From assembly GCA_043228905.1 (NCBI GenBank), contig JBHGNT010000003.1, forward strand, positions 17,794,001-17,858,000: a stretch of 64,000 nt of DNA, written 5' to 3'. The DNA comes from Azolla caroliniana. Lineage: Eukaryota; Plantae; Polypodiophyta. Positions 37,701 through 50,300 of the stretch are shown here, piece after piece. Each line of letters begins with the position of its first letter. Position 1 is the first letter of the stretch. Position numbers and translations under genes: made by a program. A model generated the notes under the pieces. That model saw only the letters and a list, made by a program, of their open reading frames with translations, made no database searches and had not been told where the DNA came from.

Positions 37701-40514
37701 ACGACGCCGAAAAAGGTCACAAAGCGCCGACATATCCTGGAGAAACACACCCCCGGATGGACCCAGGAAGAAGCAGAACAGCGGGGGGAAGGACCATCCC
37801 GACAGCAACAGGAACCGGCAACAAAGGCAAAACCGGCAGGAAAAGGCAAAGGGAAATCGGCCGAGGAGGAACCGGTAGCGCTCAAACCAATCAATATAAC
37901 GTTGCGACGGCCGGAACCGGAACCAGAGGTCTTTATACAAAAGGTCCATCTGGTAGCCGCACCGGAGGAGGAAGCTGAAACAGAAGACTCATCCGAACCA
38001 CTGGTAAGACTCCCAGCAAGACAAGGTCGGGAGAGACGGGCGAAAGGACCGGCTCCACCAGTTGACAAAACTCAGCAGAGGGCGCAAGGACCACCTCCAG
38101 TAGCCGAGGCGGAAGCAGTACCGGAACCCGTACCGAGGGAAGCAGCACCGACACCGGTTTTGCCGGACTTCAGAGAACCGGTCATCCCAGAGAAGAGGAA
38201 TGAACAAGCGTCGGAGCCAGAGAAAAGGCCGGAAAAACAGCCTGAGTTAAGGAGTAGAAGTGAGCAAGGCTACCCCGACACAGGAAGCACAAAGCCACAA
38301 TGGCTGAGATGGCTGTCAGAGCAGTTATCGGGAGTAGCGGACCAGTTAGAGGAAAAAGAAACGTGTAGGCAACATCTGACGCATACAACAACCCAGGAGT
38401 TGGTCGCGCTCCGAACACAGATCGAGGAATTGCAAGGGGAGTTGTTGCAGGCAAGGGAAGGAATTCAACAAGCACAAGTTGTCACCGAGCCGGTCGGGAC
38501 AACAAGGAAGCAACCGGAACCGGAACCGGTAGCCTTGCAAACCGGCCCTGAGACCGAAAAAATAATAGAAACCTTACGAGAGGAGTTAAAAGCTCAGGAG
38601 GCATTAAGGGAAAAAGAAAAGGAGCAACGGAAAGCGGTGGAGGACGACAGACGGAAAATGGAAGAAGGCCTCCGGAAAGGCCGAGCCACTAATGACCGAC
38701 TGCAAGAAGAAAAAGAGAAGCTGCAAAAGGAGAAGGACCGACTGCGTCGACATGCCCAGCAGGAGATAGAACGACTGCAGGAAGAACTCCGACAACAGAA
38801 GGACCGGGATGACCGGTTAAGAGCTCAGGCAAACCGACGCCTGAAGCAGAAGACGGAGGACTTCGACCGTCTCTACCGAGATCACAAGCAGGCCGAGTCG
38901 GACAACAAGAAACGGGCAGCAGACTACGACCGGCAAATAGAGAAGCTGAAAGAACAACTCAAAGAGACCCGATTAGACCTGGCTAAGGCAATGGATGAGG
39001 TCAGTGCCAAAAAGGAAGCATTGTCGGCGGAAATAACCCAAGCGACGGAGAGAAGGAAGGAATTAGAGGCGCTAAGGCGGGAAAAGCTGGATCTGACCAA
39101 GATCAGGAATTAAGAAAAGGAAAGATCGACCTTCACGATCAACAAACTACAAAGTACCTATGAAAAGCAGAAAGCGGATTACGAGGCCTAGGCTCAGATA
39201 ATGGCCGACATTATAAAACGGGCAAGGAAGGAAAAGCAAGAAGCTTATGCGCATCCTAAGGCGGGGGTTGACTGGATCATGCTCATCATGTCAGGTTGGA
39301 GTACCCGACCTCAGGCAAGCATCAACGAAAGTACGGAAAAGCTATGGAAGGAGTGGTCACAACAGGCAGCCGAGCTGCAGACACTCCGAGCTGATGCCGA
39401 GAATCGGAGGAAGACCGGTGACAAGTTCTACAAGATGGATGAAGAAAGTATCGTCACCATTCGGGAAGAATTGTCGGAGGATTTCTACGCTTTAGCAGAA
39501 GAACATCTCAAAGAAATCCGAGGGTTGGTAGAGAGGTTGGATGACGGGCAGCTCGCAACTCAGTTGGAGTTGGAGAAATACGAGTAGGACCGGTTACAAC
39601 AGGAAGCCAAGGGAAGAACGACGCCAATCACTATAAGTGAGGGAGAGCGACCGGCTGAAGTTGAACCAACCGACACCGAACAACCCCGACAAGGAATACC
39701 CGAAGAAGAACTTCCGTTCGAAGGAAATCAAGAACAGCAGGAGCAAACCGATGCCGGAGAAGAAGAAGAGATGAGAACAAAAGACACCAGAGCAGAGGAA
39801 GAAGGCGTACCGAGCAGACCAGTCGAGACCAGAGAAAGCGACACTGGTAACAGAACAGAGCTGGGAACGGAGGGAGAACAGGAAGAACCCGGACGGAGCG
39901 GTGAAGAAGCACCGGCACCACAGAATCAAGCAGAGCCGGAGCAGCAAATTTTTACGGAACAGCCAACCCAACCGGAGGTCGGAGACCAGGCAGGCAAGGA
40001 ACAGGAATTGGAGGAAGAAGCACCACTTGACACCATCGAGCAGAGTGTGCTCGATATTTTGGAGGAAGAATGAGGCCGGGAGTGGATTCGAAGTGCAAGG
40101 CACTTTCCCACGGGCATGCCATGTGTTGACCGGTCAGAAGAGCAAGGACAAGTGGGAAGGCGGAGTCGGATCGGATAATAGGAAGTAAATAATAGTATAA
40201 TTATTATTCGGAGGGACGGATCCGGTACAGTTGTACCGATCCGGATCCGGACCGATTCGGATGCCGGTTGCCTAAGCGCACCGATTGTAACCTTGCCGGA
40301 TGCCTATAAAAGGATCCGATGATTTGTAAAGGTTTTGACGGAAGTAATACAAATAGAATTATTGCGTGTTTATCTGTATCTCTGTATTGTTTTACCGTCT
40401 GTGCTTAATTGTAATCATCTTACGCGTGTAACCTAGCATCCAATCCTTACCACCCCTTTGGAGAAGTGTCGGATAGACACCTGTGTTGAGGCTAGTCCGG
40501 CCAAGCGGACAACA
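34786..40514 (+). mobile_element. Non-autonomous Gypsy derivative lacking pol
   Basis: 391-bp LTRs at 34786-35176 and 40124-40514 with about five A/G differences by eye. TSD CTTAG. PBS tggcgaccac. Confidence 0.95.
35628..39113 (+). CDS. Gag::ORF3 in-frame fusion (1161 aa open; the frame continues through stops both upstream and downstream)
   Basis: The gag core with zinc knuckles runs to ~37170, followed by the ORF3 homolog and a long coiled-coil region. No PR, RT or INT motifs. Confidence 0.85.
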   Translation: MEFGDRQSPREADGIPTTPAKEPKERIPTTPVEEPKGRTPTTPAEELKERIPAPTAEEPKVLTPTPTADRERRRQESQLDDTMSYPYPKYRDEPDAEAHVYAFLQTWEANHVSQRLTEPEAERSKVAEFGMTLEGPAARWHAKHLRGSFATFDALKAKFLRLFLRQVEQRELVGQFYTTRQEENETVPQFIIRFQTLHRQLMRAPPEDEAKAVFLAALKEPLRTMCGVLDFHTSTMDQVIDRVLEMDKTSSFLSMGMLHRALPKEEDLRFRQALQCTTCLNSGHSTVDCTLQTQCMICNSQAHTTDRCEYNLLNRQAAPVRHIEPRNQNPDEDRFRRDDRYQRERGNRYVDRRCDNYDREEKRRDSYPRDRYDRDESPEYERRREERRQGNQNFRRNQKRGFFRREERREAARNDNPVSVPDNRKTEDDRRSIPTLQTGDKGETSNSHKVYCYYYRKEGHYSNQCPSKTNDKQPAVNMVTAEITEVQQVTTRSKGKPAEWEAQEAIRKQAAQWINEARQWMRENGLKGLLRIADAPPHAEPEQAATSIDLSEITVGAVQALTGIKAGGLQTIENPSSEILFEYFGEYSISSKAYRTQGGENPLFGEVARAMMEYGFVNPRPPAIARYRATFLIAAYEGLQVDWLHFITEGLKEAIKNLVEGKKPWAGIAQWLTVLVPPVLPIKQKKRGRQETTPKKVTKRRHILEKHTPGWTQEEAEQRGEGPSRQQQEPATKAKPAGKGKGKSAEEEPVALKPINITLRRPEPEPEVFIQKVHLVAAPEEEAETEDSSEPLVRLPARQGRERRAKGPAPPVDKTQQRAQGPPPVAEAEAVPEPVPREAAPTPVLPDFREPVIPEKRNEQASEPEKRPEKQPELRSRSEQGYPDTGSTKPQWLRWLSEQLSGVADQLEEKETCRQHLTHTTTQELVALRTQIEELQGELLQAREGIQQAQVVTEPVGTTRKQPEPEPVALQTGPETEKIIETLREELKAQEALREKEKEQRKAVEDDRRKMEEGLRKGRATNDRLQEEKEKLQKEKDRLRRHAQQEIERLQEELRQQKDRDDRLRAQANRRLKQKTEDFDRLYRDHKQAESDNKKRAADYDRQIEKLKEQLKETRLDLAKAMDEVSAKKEALSAEITQATERRKELEALRREKLDLTKIRN

Positions 40515-40830
40515 CTTAGTGTAGAATGGTGGCAATGGAGGAGTGAACTCTGTCAGATCGAACAGTAGTAGATGATGCTTGGAACGCACAATGATGGAAA
40601 CTGAGAGTAGAATGGAGGTAGTGGAGAAGGAGTTAACTCCTTCGGATTGAAAAGTGGCAGCAATATACGACCTTCACAGTAGCGGCAACTGAGTGTACAG
40701 TGGCGGCAATGGAGGAGTGAACTCCGTCGGATCGAACAATGGCAGATGATACTTGGACCACTCAATGTCAGTAACGGAGTGTAGAATGGTGGCAATGGAG
40801 GAGTGGACTCAATAGGGTTTAGCAACAGTG
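40515..40830. repeat. Tandem repeat, right part
   Basis: Same unit as 34187-34785. Confidence 0.85.
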
Positions 40831-42413
40831 GTAGTAATCTAAGCTAGAATACTCAACCAAAGATGGCCCACGTGATGTGGCAAAGGATCATGCATAATGA
40901 ACCTAGGAATTCGGTATATAATTTATGGTGCACATTTATGGTGCTCATTTATATAATTAAAACTCTCTACTATTTTCAATGGTAGTTTTTTACATAGCTA
41001 ATTAGCTATGTCAAGGACATAGCTAATTGTTTCCACATGCATGCTTTCACCCATATGGATTGGCGCTAGATGGTCAATTTGGCTACTAGCCAAAAAATCG
41101 GCTGACAGTCGGTGCAGCCAAATGGCTTCCTTTGTTGCTTCCAATGCGGCTATGTACTCGGCCTCTATTGTTGAGAGTGTCGTACATTTCTATAGCTTCG
41201 ACCTCCATTATAGGGTGCCACCTCCATAGGTGAAGACATATCCTGATGTGGACTTTTGATTGTTGGGGTTGCTGGTATAATCAGAATTTGTGAAGCCTTT
41301 GACTTCGGACGGCTTGTCCGATCTGAATGTCAGTGGTAGATCTTCGGTGTTGCAAAGGTACCGGAATATGTGTTTCACAATTGCCAAGTGCTTCCATCTA
41401 AGATTAAAAATTTAATGACTGGTGACTATGATGGCATAAGCAAGGTCTAGACGGTTCGCCAATATCGCATACATGAGACTTCCTATGGTTGATGTGTACG
41501 GTATTCGGCTCATGAGCTCTCTCTCTTTCTTTGTGGAAGGAGAATCCCTATCTAGTAGTTTGAACGACATTAGGAGCAGTGTTAGGGCCGACTTCAAATT
41601 GTCCATGTTGAAGTGCTTCAACACCTTCCGAATGTAATCGGATTGGGACAGTTTGATTTTGCTCTATCCTCATGCCCAATATGTTCAGGCTTCTCCGAGT
41701 TCCTTCATTGAGAATTTCTCGTGAAGTTATCGTTTTAGCTTCCCGATTTTGGCTTTATCACTTCCCGCAATAAGCATGTCATCAACATATAGGATCAGGT
41801 AGATCCGGGACTCGTCGGGTAGTTGTCAGATATACATACATGGGTCAAAGTCCGATAGGTAGTATACAAGCTGCCAGATGTAGGTATCGAACTTTTGATA
41901 CCACATTCTTGGCACTTGTTTCAAGCCGTAAAGACTTTTATTCAATTGGCATACAAGGTGACCTTCCTCCCCTCTTGTCATGAAGCCTACAAACTAGGAC
42001 ATGTATATGTCCTCTTCCAGATCTCCATGAAGGAACGTCATCTTCAAGTGTAGCTACTCCAACTCAAGATCTTCTGTGGCAACGATTCTAAGTAGCATTC
42101 AAAGGGTTGTCATCTTGACAACAAGAGAAAAGATCTCATTGTAGTTGATAGCCTGTTCTTGTTTGAATCCCTTCGCGATGAGTCAAGCTTTGTATTTGGG
42201 CCTATTTGAACTAGAGACACATTTGTGTCTATAGACCCACTTGCATGTGTTGATTGGTAGGTCGACCAACTCCCATGTGTTGTTTACTTTTATCAAGTCC
42301 ATTTCCGACCTCATGGCTTGTAGTCACGTGTCAATGTCCAGCTCGACTATTTCTTCCTTGTAGGAGCTTGGTTTGCCTACATCTATGTAGTTGACATAGT
42401 CCAGGCCCAACAT

Positions 42414-45400
42414 TGTCATGAAGATCCGTCACTACGTGTGGATCGTGAGGCGGAACCACCGGGGTCCTGGATCGGAAGGATTCGAAGTTTGCAATAACTT
42501 TAGCGAGAAAGTATTTAAGATAGATTGAGAGAGATTGATATGAAGAAAGAGAGATATTGAGATAAAGATTGACCTTTTAACTTTTAGATTTAAGTGAGAA
42601 GATACATCAACAATAGGATTACAAGTTTCTTATTTTTCCCAAATTTTTCATTACTTCCTTCATGCTTGAATCCTCCACTCTTTTATAGATGCCCCCATGC
42701 ATATGGTGAATGTGAGGATGCAAGACATGCACGTAATGCATGAAATACATGCAATGCATGTTTGCCATTTCATCATCTAAGCGCTCATGTATGAGAATTT
42801 ACATGTAAAAAGATCAAAGTAAGACTTTGGAAGATATGACTTGGCTCAGTGGTAAGCTTATTGACTTTCAACTTGGAGGTGCAAGGTTGAAGCCTTGCTC
42901 ACATCCCTTTTAAAACACAAAATACTACTAGGCTTTTGGTCTTGTATTTACACCGAAAATCTTCAAAACACCATGCACCGCGATCAACCGACCGATCCAT
43001 CTGCCCGGTCCCGTCTATCCCAACGGGTTCAATCCAATCCTGTCCGCCGCCATCCAATCCCGGTCTCGGTCACTGGTTGCCGTTTATATACTCTGGGATC
43101 CTTATTTGTCCTGTCTATTGGGATATCTCGTAGTTTTTTTTTTTCTCTTCTTCTTCACAAACTTCACAGTCACATTACTTGACACTGAGTTGTCTATTTC
43201 ACATGTAGTAAAATGCATTCGAAAGTTCTTGAAGACATCCATCCTTTTGTACCAAGATATTAAACTAATATAAAATAATATCTTCACTATTATTGTTTCA
43301 TATTGTGTGTGAAGAAACATACTCGATTTTGTACATTCCATGCAATTTTCACACCGTTGCCGAATATCTTCACGACATCCACCCCCACCAAACCGCACGT
43401 TCTCCGGTACGTGCCAAGAAGAGAGAGTGTGAGATTTTGGCGACAGTGATCAGTATGATTCTGCCATTTTGAGCATGTCCATTTCTTTCACTTGAATCAT
43501 TGTTGCCACCCAATCCACCATATCATTCGTTTTTTCTTTGTTTTACCATGACTAGTTGTCATGGCCCCTTGTTCTGCTTCCGAACATAATTGTTTAGGCT
43601 TTATGCATATTCCACCTTTGTCCCGATCATCTCCTTGCTCAAGGCACTTCGACCCGTCATGCAGTTTTGTTTTCGGTCTTCCTCCACAAGTCATTATTTG
43701 AATAATGGCATTGAATACCCCATGTAGTACCTTTAACTGCATGTCCACTTTGAGATTCTTACGCGACCATGCTCTATGTTTCTCACTTTGTCCACTTTCA
43801 TGGTACAATCTCATGTTAGAGTTGACAATCTTCACACTAGTGTCTTTGATACATGTTTTGATCACATCCTTCGGATCCTCATGGCTCGCTTGGCCAGCGC
43901 CATCCCTTGGCATACTTTGCTTAGACTCTTTGTTGTACCCATTAGCTTTTGTCTCTATGCTTTGCTTGACCTCTTCCTCCCACACATCAGCTTCAACCCT
44001 TGCTTCTTCGTTGTCATTGTCCTTCTCTTGGGTCTTACATCGGTTAATGCCCAAGTCTCCAGAACGAGTGTGGAGGGATCCATATGTATTTGTCTGCCAC
44101 TCCCCAACATCGTTATTTGTAGCAGCTTGGACCTTCCCTTCCCCACCATCATCTTCTGTCTCTTGGGGCTCACATTGGCTTTGAACCACAACTACCCAAG
44201 TCTCTAGAATATGTGCGAAGGAATCTGTTTGTCTTTGGTCAATTGCCTTCGACACCTTTGTCTTGATGTCATCTTTCACATCAGATTAGAACTCCCCCTT
44301 GTTGCCACCTTCCGTCTCTTGGGTCTTCTGTTGGTTCTCGGAAACAACTGCCCAAGTCTCTGGAACTAGTGCGGGGAAAGTCTTGTCACTGCGATCATTC
44401 ATCATCGACTCGTCCATATCTATCTTCGCCTTGATGTTGTGCACACCATCTTGGTATTTCCCCTTACTACCACCTTCCATCTCTTGGGTTTCACGTTGGC
44501 TCTCTACAACTGCCCAAGTCTCCAGACCTTGTGTGAAGGAATCCTCGACGCGGCCATCTGCCATTAATTCTTCCATAGCCACCTCTGACTCAATGTCATT
44601 TTTCGTGGCTAACTCTTCAATCTCATGGGCCTCGTACCCATCAACTTTCTTGATCGAGCAAGCTTCTATTATGCTTCTCTCTTCGACGCATGTATTCGTT
44701 TCAACCTTCGGCTCCTCCCCAACACCCTCCGTCTCTTGGTTCTCATGTTGGTTCTCGAACGCAACTGCCCAAGTCTCTGGAACATGTGTGGAGAAAATTT
44801 GGCTGTGATCATTGTCAACGCTTATTCTCTTGTTCATAGCCATCTCCTTGATGTCGAATTTAGTGGCTAGATCCTCCATCATGTCGATCTCACACTCTTT
44901 ATCTCCCTTAATTCAAGCTTCGATTAGGCTTGCTCCTTCATTATCCGTTGTTTCGAACACGACGCACATCCCAAAACATTTGTCCTCCTTTGAAGTGGCC
45001 TTCGTCGTCCTCGAGTCATCATCAATCTTCTTTTCGTGTAGGATGTGTTGTTTAGGCGTCTCTACTTCTTTAGATGGTCTTGATTTTTCTACACTTGACT
45101 TTACCAAGCCAATATCATCAAGCCATTGACGATGCTTATCGAGCTTGTTGCATGCTCGCTTCACCGCAATCCAGTCTGCCACAAGTCCGTTCGCTTGGGT
45201 ATCATCTTTGAGGAGAGTCCCCAATTATCGTCTATCCTTCATGTCCACGGCTTCTAGGAAGTACAAAGTTTTGTCGTCCTCAAGCAGCACTTGGTTCGAG
45301 TTGGGGAGATGACTAAACATCTAGTCGAATTCGTCGTATACACTCGAGGCGCTCATCTTCTTATTTTTCTTTTCTATCCACTTCATCAAGGCATGTCGAG

Positions 45401-46869
45401 TCATCCTTGACAAATCTTTAGTTGCGAACTCCGCTAATATTGCTCTCTCAAACTCAGACCATGTTGTCTTGCCTTCTTGAAGCTCGATGACACGTCTTTG
45501 GATGTTGTTGGCGACCACTCTGTTGAAACTTGTAATTTGACACGCTTCGGACACGTCCCTTTGATTCATCTCCCTTTTCTATGCATCAAGGAACTTCGTA
45601 ATGTTCCTTCCATCAAATTGACCCTCGAGCTCTACGACACAGTCGACAGCCTTCTCCACGCTCGCATCGTTGTTCGGAGAACTCATCATTTGTACGACGA
45701 TTAGCATCATCCTTTCGAACTCTCCCGCTTGGTTACTTGAGTATGCCATCTCCAAATATCGGTCGATCCTCAACTTAATCCTTCCTACCGCCTCCTTCAC
45801 GTCGGGTTCACCACTTAATTATGTCATGAAGATCCGTCACTACGTGCGGATCGTGAGGCAGAACCACCGGGGTCCTGGACCGGAAGGATTCGAAGTTTGC
45901 AATAACTTTAGCGAGAAAGTATTTAAGATAGATTGAGAGAGATTGATATGACGAAAGAGAGATATTGAGATAAAGATTGACCTTTTAACTTTTAGATTTA
46001 AGAGAGAAGATACATCAACAATAGGATTACAAGTTTCTTATTTTTTCCAATTTTTTCATGAGTTCCTTCTTGCTTGATTCCTCCACTCTTTTATAGATGC
46101 CCCCATGCATATGGTGCACGTGAGGGTGCAAGACATGCATGTAATGCATGAAATGCATGTTGCCATTTTATCATCTAAGCTCTCATGTATGAGAATGTAC
46201 ATGTAAAAAGATCAAAGTTAGTCTTTTAAAGATATGACTTGGCTCAGTGGTAAGCTTATTGACTTTCAACTTGGAGGTGCAAGGTTCAAATGTTGCTCAC
46301 ATCCCTTTTAAAACACAAAATACTACTAGGTTTTTGGTATTGTATTTACACTGAAAATTTTCAAAACACCATGCACCGCAATCAACGCACCGATCTGTCT
46401 GTCTCGACCGGTTCAATCCGATCTTGTTCATCGCCGTCTTGTTGGCTCCGTCCGGTCGCCCAAAACTTTTACAAGTAGTTAAGCCACATGCATTCATCCA
46501 ATTAGTTTAGCTCAAGTCACCTTGAACATTCTATGACCCACTCATAAACACAAAGTAATAGATTTTGGCCCTGCTTATATACTCTGGAATCCTTCTTTGT
46601 CCTGTCTATGTGGGATATCTCGTAGTTTTGTTTTTTCTCTTCTTCTTCACAAACTTCACAATCACATTACTTCACATTAAGTTGTCCGTTTCACATGTAG
46701 TAAAATGCATTCGGAAGCTCTTGAAGACATCCATCCTTTCGTACCAAGATATTAAACTAGTATAAAATAATATCTTCACTATTATTGTTTAATATTGTGT
46801 GTGAAGAAGCACACTCGATTTTGTACATTCCATGCAATTTTCACACCGTTGCCGAAAATCTTCACAACA
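42414..46869 (-). mobile_element. Non-autonomous Gypsy-type LTR element primed by tRNA-Trp
   Basis: LTRs 42414-43377 and 45822-46869 (tgtcatgaaga...tcttcac(g/a)aca). PBS ttcacgtcgggttcacca (45796-45813) matches the plant tRNA-Trp 3' end as I recall it. PPT at 43378-43394. Probable 4-bp TSD ACAT/ACGT. Confidence 0.9.
43497..45800 (-). pseudogene. gag remnant followed by an acidic repetitive ORF
   Basis: FDGRNITKFLD..REM..TWSEFE (gag-like), then four ETW(A/V)V..Q...QE(T/M)E repeats; several stops. Confidence 0.65.
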
Positions 46870-47339
46870 ACGTAAAACTCTGTCATCCTTCAGACTCATC
46901 CAGATTTCATAAGTGCTGATTTATTTGGGTCAAATTATTCAATCGGCTAAGATGTCTGATCGGCATGTTGTGAACCTTTATTGGGAGGACATCGTTGGGG
47001 GGATCCGCTACGACAATTATCTTGCGTTGATGTCAGATTCATCTCTTCCTCATGAGTGATTGACCCATCTTTGGGTGTTGTGGTCGGTTCGGATCGGCTT
47101 TGTGACATCCTTGCTGATTTTGCTCTGATGACTGATTCGATCTTGGTCTATTTTCTAGTTGATTCAAAATCGGCTATTAGACCCTTCGCCGATTTGGATT
47201 CAACTGGGGGTTTGCTGGCTGATTTGGTCTTGACATCTCACCAAATAATCAAATCATATTCGGCGATCAACGTCTCTTCTTCATATTCTCTGTTTGAAAG
47301 CTCAAAAGTGACCTATTAGCCGATTTTCGACTAGGATTG

Positions 47340-50300
47340 GTTGGAGAGGATTGATGTTTTTAGGTGGGGGGTGGAGCCAAGTGGGTTTGAGCGTGAGGAA
47401 GAGAGGAAGAGAGAGGAAAACAAAAAAATAGAGAATGACACAAATTGGAGGGGAAACTTTGTCTATTACTTTTTATGCCCCATGAGTGGGGTTTATATAT
47501 GTACAAGAGATAACCGTTACAACTCAAGAATGAGACAAGAAGGTAGTTACACCACTTACACACTCTCTCATCTTTGTACATGCTCACAAATGTGCATGTA
47601 TTCATACACATACCCATCCTCACACTCATATACACATACACAACAACCACTCTATCGTCTTTCACCCTTATACCTATGGGACAGTGCATTGCACGTCGAA
47701 CCCCCATGCCATGGCAAACTCTCGTCGACCAAAACTCTATCAGTCTTCTCGTCGGTCGGAAATCTCTCGAATTGGAAGCTTGAAACCCTAATCTTGGGTA
47801 ACCTTGACATGCATATTGGTTGAACTGTTACAAGCATTTTAGCGAAAGCTTTGACACATATACTTAGGACTAAATATGTGGTTTGAAGGCCATGAATGCA
47901 AATATAACCTCATTTTCCATACTCTACATCATATCTCTGTATCTCTATCTACCAATTGAGCTCTAGAGCTCGGAAACGGACGAGAAAAAGGAAACACTCT
48001 AGGGTCTTAGCTTGGCCATTCCTGAAGCTAAGGGAAATTCGGAGAGTAGGAGAAGAAGCATTCGGGAAAAAGAAGGGGAAGACAGTGTTCAGATCTCCAT
48101 CATAGGTTGGCTCTCACATAGAGAGTCCACTCACAAACCACACTCTCTAACACAGAGACATATACATGTGTAGAGAGGCAGAGAGAGAGACTTCTTCTCA
48201 AGGGGGGTCGGTCATAGGGCGTGCCAGTGTTTTTGGGTGGGGAGTGGAGCCAATATTGGCTCCAACCCCCTCCTAAGGGAGTTTGATAGTGAGGAAGAGA
48301 GAGGAATACAGAGAAATAGAGAATGATACAAATTCGAGGGAAAATGTCTTCTATTACTTCTCGTGCCCCATGGGTGGGGTTTATATATGTACAAGAGGTA
48401 GCCATTACAACTCAAGAATGAGACAAGTGTTGGGAATATGTCCCTCCAGTGGGAGGAAGAACCGACTGATCGGAAAGCCGACAATCGATGACAGGGAAGA
48501 TCCGACTATTCGAAAAGCCGACAATCGAAGAGTCGAAAACAATGAGTCGACTGTTTGAAGATTCGACTATTATTATTATAGTAATAATGATGATGATGAT
48601 GTGTGGAAACAAGTCCCTCCAGATGGGAAAGAGAGAGGAGCTGAGTTGATGAGTGACTTGGCGGAGGCCGATAGGCCGAGGCCGAAATCGGAATCGTGTA
48701 AATAACCAACTCGAGAGACTATAATTGTAAATAGTCTAAGTGTGTGCCCCATGAGGGCTACGTATGTAAATAGCCAGAAAAGTCATGTAAGTATATATGC
48801 AACTAGGGAAAAACAGAATTGTGTGCTGAATAGAGTTAGAACTGCAGAAGCAGAACAATTGAGAGAGAGAGAGAAGTGAGAGTCACGCCATAGTTGTGTG
48901 TGTAACAGCACACACGAAGAGCCCTATGCGGCTAATACACTCGATAGAGTGTTGTAATCTTCTCTCTATTGTATATCCACTATATTATAGTGAAGAATCT
49001 GTTCACCCGTGGTTTTTTTCCCAGTTTTAGGGTTTCCACGTAAATCTCTGTGTATATTTGTTCATCTTGTCTTTTTTGGCATTTTCTGTAATTCATATTT
49101 CAGCGCGTAGTTCATTTATTGTGATCTATTCCGCATCGATTTCTCAACAAACTGGTATCAGAGCGTGAGGTGCAAGAAGGGAAGGAGGCGTGAGCGGATT
49201 CCCAGGTATGATAGTTCTAAACTCTCAGAACTATGCAGACTGGAAGATAAAGATGGAAGACCTTCTCATAGTAAAAGACCTCTATGAGCCAGCCGATAGA
49301 GTAGAAATACCCAGGGGGGTATTGGAGTCGGACTAGAAGCTTCTGAATAGGAAGGCGATGGCCACAATCTGACAATGTGTGGATGTAAGTGTCCTTCAGG
49401 ATGTGGCGAACGATACGAATGCCCACAAGATGTGGCAGAAGCTGTCGGGTCGCTAATGAGAAAAATCATACGGCTGAAATACAGACACAGTGAGAGCATC
49501 ATCGAACACATCAACACGTTTATGGGGTATGTAAATCAACTTGCTGCGACCAAGTTTCCCCTACATGACGCAATTCAGGTCATCCTGCTGATGTGCACAC
49601 TACCGGAAAGCTGGGAGAACCTGGTGGTTACTCTTAGCACCCCCTGTCAAGAAGAGAACTTGTCCTTACAGACGGTGAAGACAAGCATCCTAAACGAGGA
49701 GGAAAGGAGGAAAGACAAAGGAGTCCTGTCCCAAACGGAGTCGAATATGACTCAACATATGGACAGAGGAAGGGACCGGCGAAGAAGAAGTCCTCAGCGA
49801 ACGGACAAATCCCATGCCAGATTGAAGTCCAGAGGTAAGCCTGTGTGCTTCTATCGGGGAAAACCTGGGCACTTCCAAAAGGATTGTCGACACATGAAGA
49901 AAGACAAGAGTGTCGGAAATAATGTTGAAAAGAACACTTCGGCCATTGCTACAAGCAATGAAGAACTTCTGTTCATCTGTGAACAGACAAGTGCAAATCT
50001 TGCAAGCAAAGAGTGCACTTGGGTGATTGATTCCGGCGCATCCTTCCATATTACTCCGTCGAGATAGTACTTCTCGACTTACATAGTCGGGGATCATGGC
50101 TATGTAAAGATGGGTGATAATGGAGAGTGCAAGATAACCGGAGTCGGAAGTGTATGCTTAACGACGTTGACAGGGTGTCAACTAACGTTGAAGGATGTTC
50201 GACACGTCCCCGATATCAGATTGAATCTGATATCGACTGGAAGGCTTGATGACAAAGGCTACAATGGTAGTTTTCGGAATGGCAAGTGGAAGTTCTGCTG

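Larger units (their letters stand above)
10750..41029. mobile_element. Putative older large DNA transposon hosting three nested insertions
   Basis: Both ends carry aattagcta..g.catagc(t)aattagctat in inverted orientation. It contains a cargo gene and a convergent transposase-like remnant. No TSD was found and the flanks belong to different retroelements. Confidence 0.45.

Noticed and set aside
35177-38068. Long minus-strand ORFs
   Set aside because: These are shadows of the GC-rich, repetitive plus-strand ORF, with no motifs.
37170-40073. env gene
   Set aside because: No signal peptide or transmembrane segment is visible; the protein is charged and coiled-coil.
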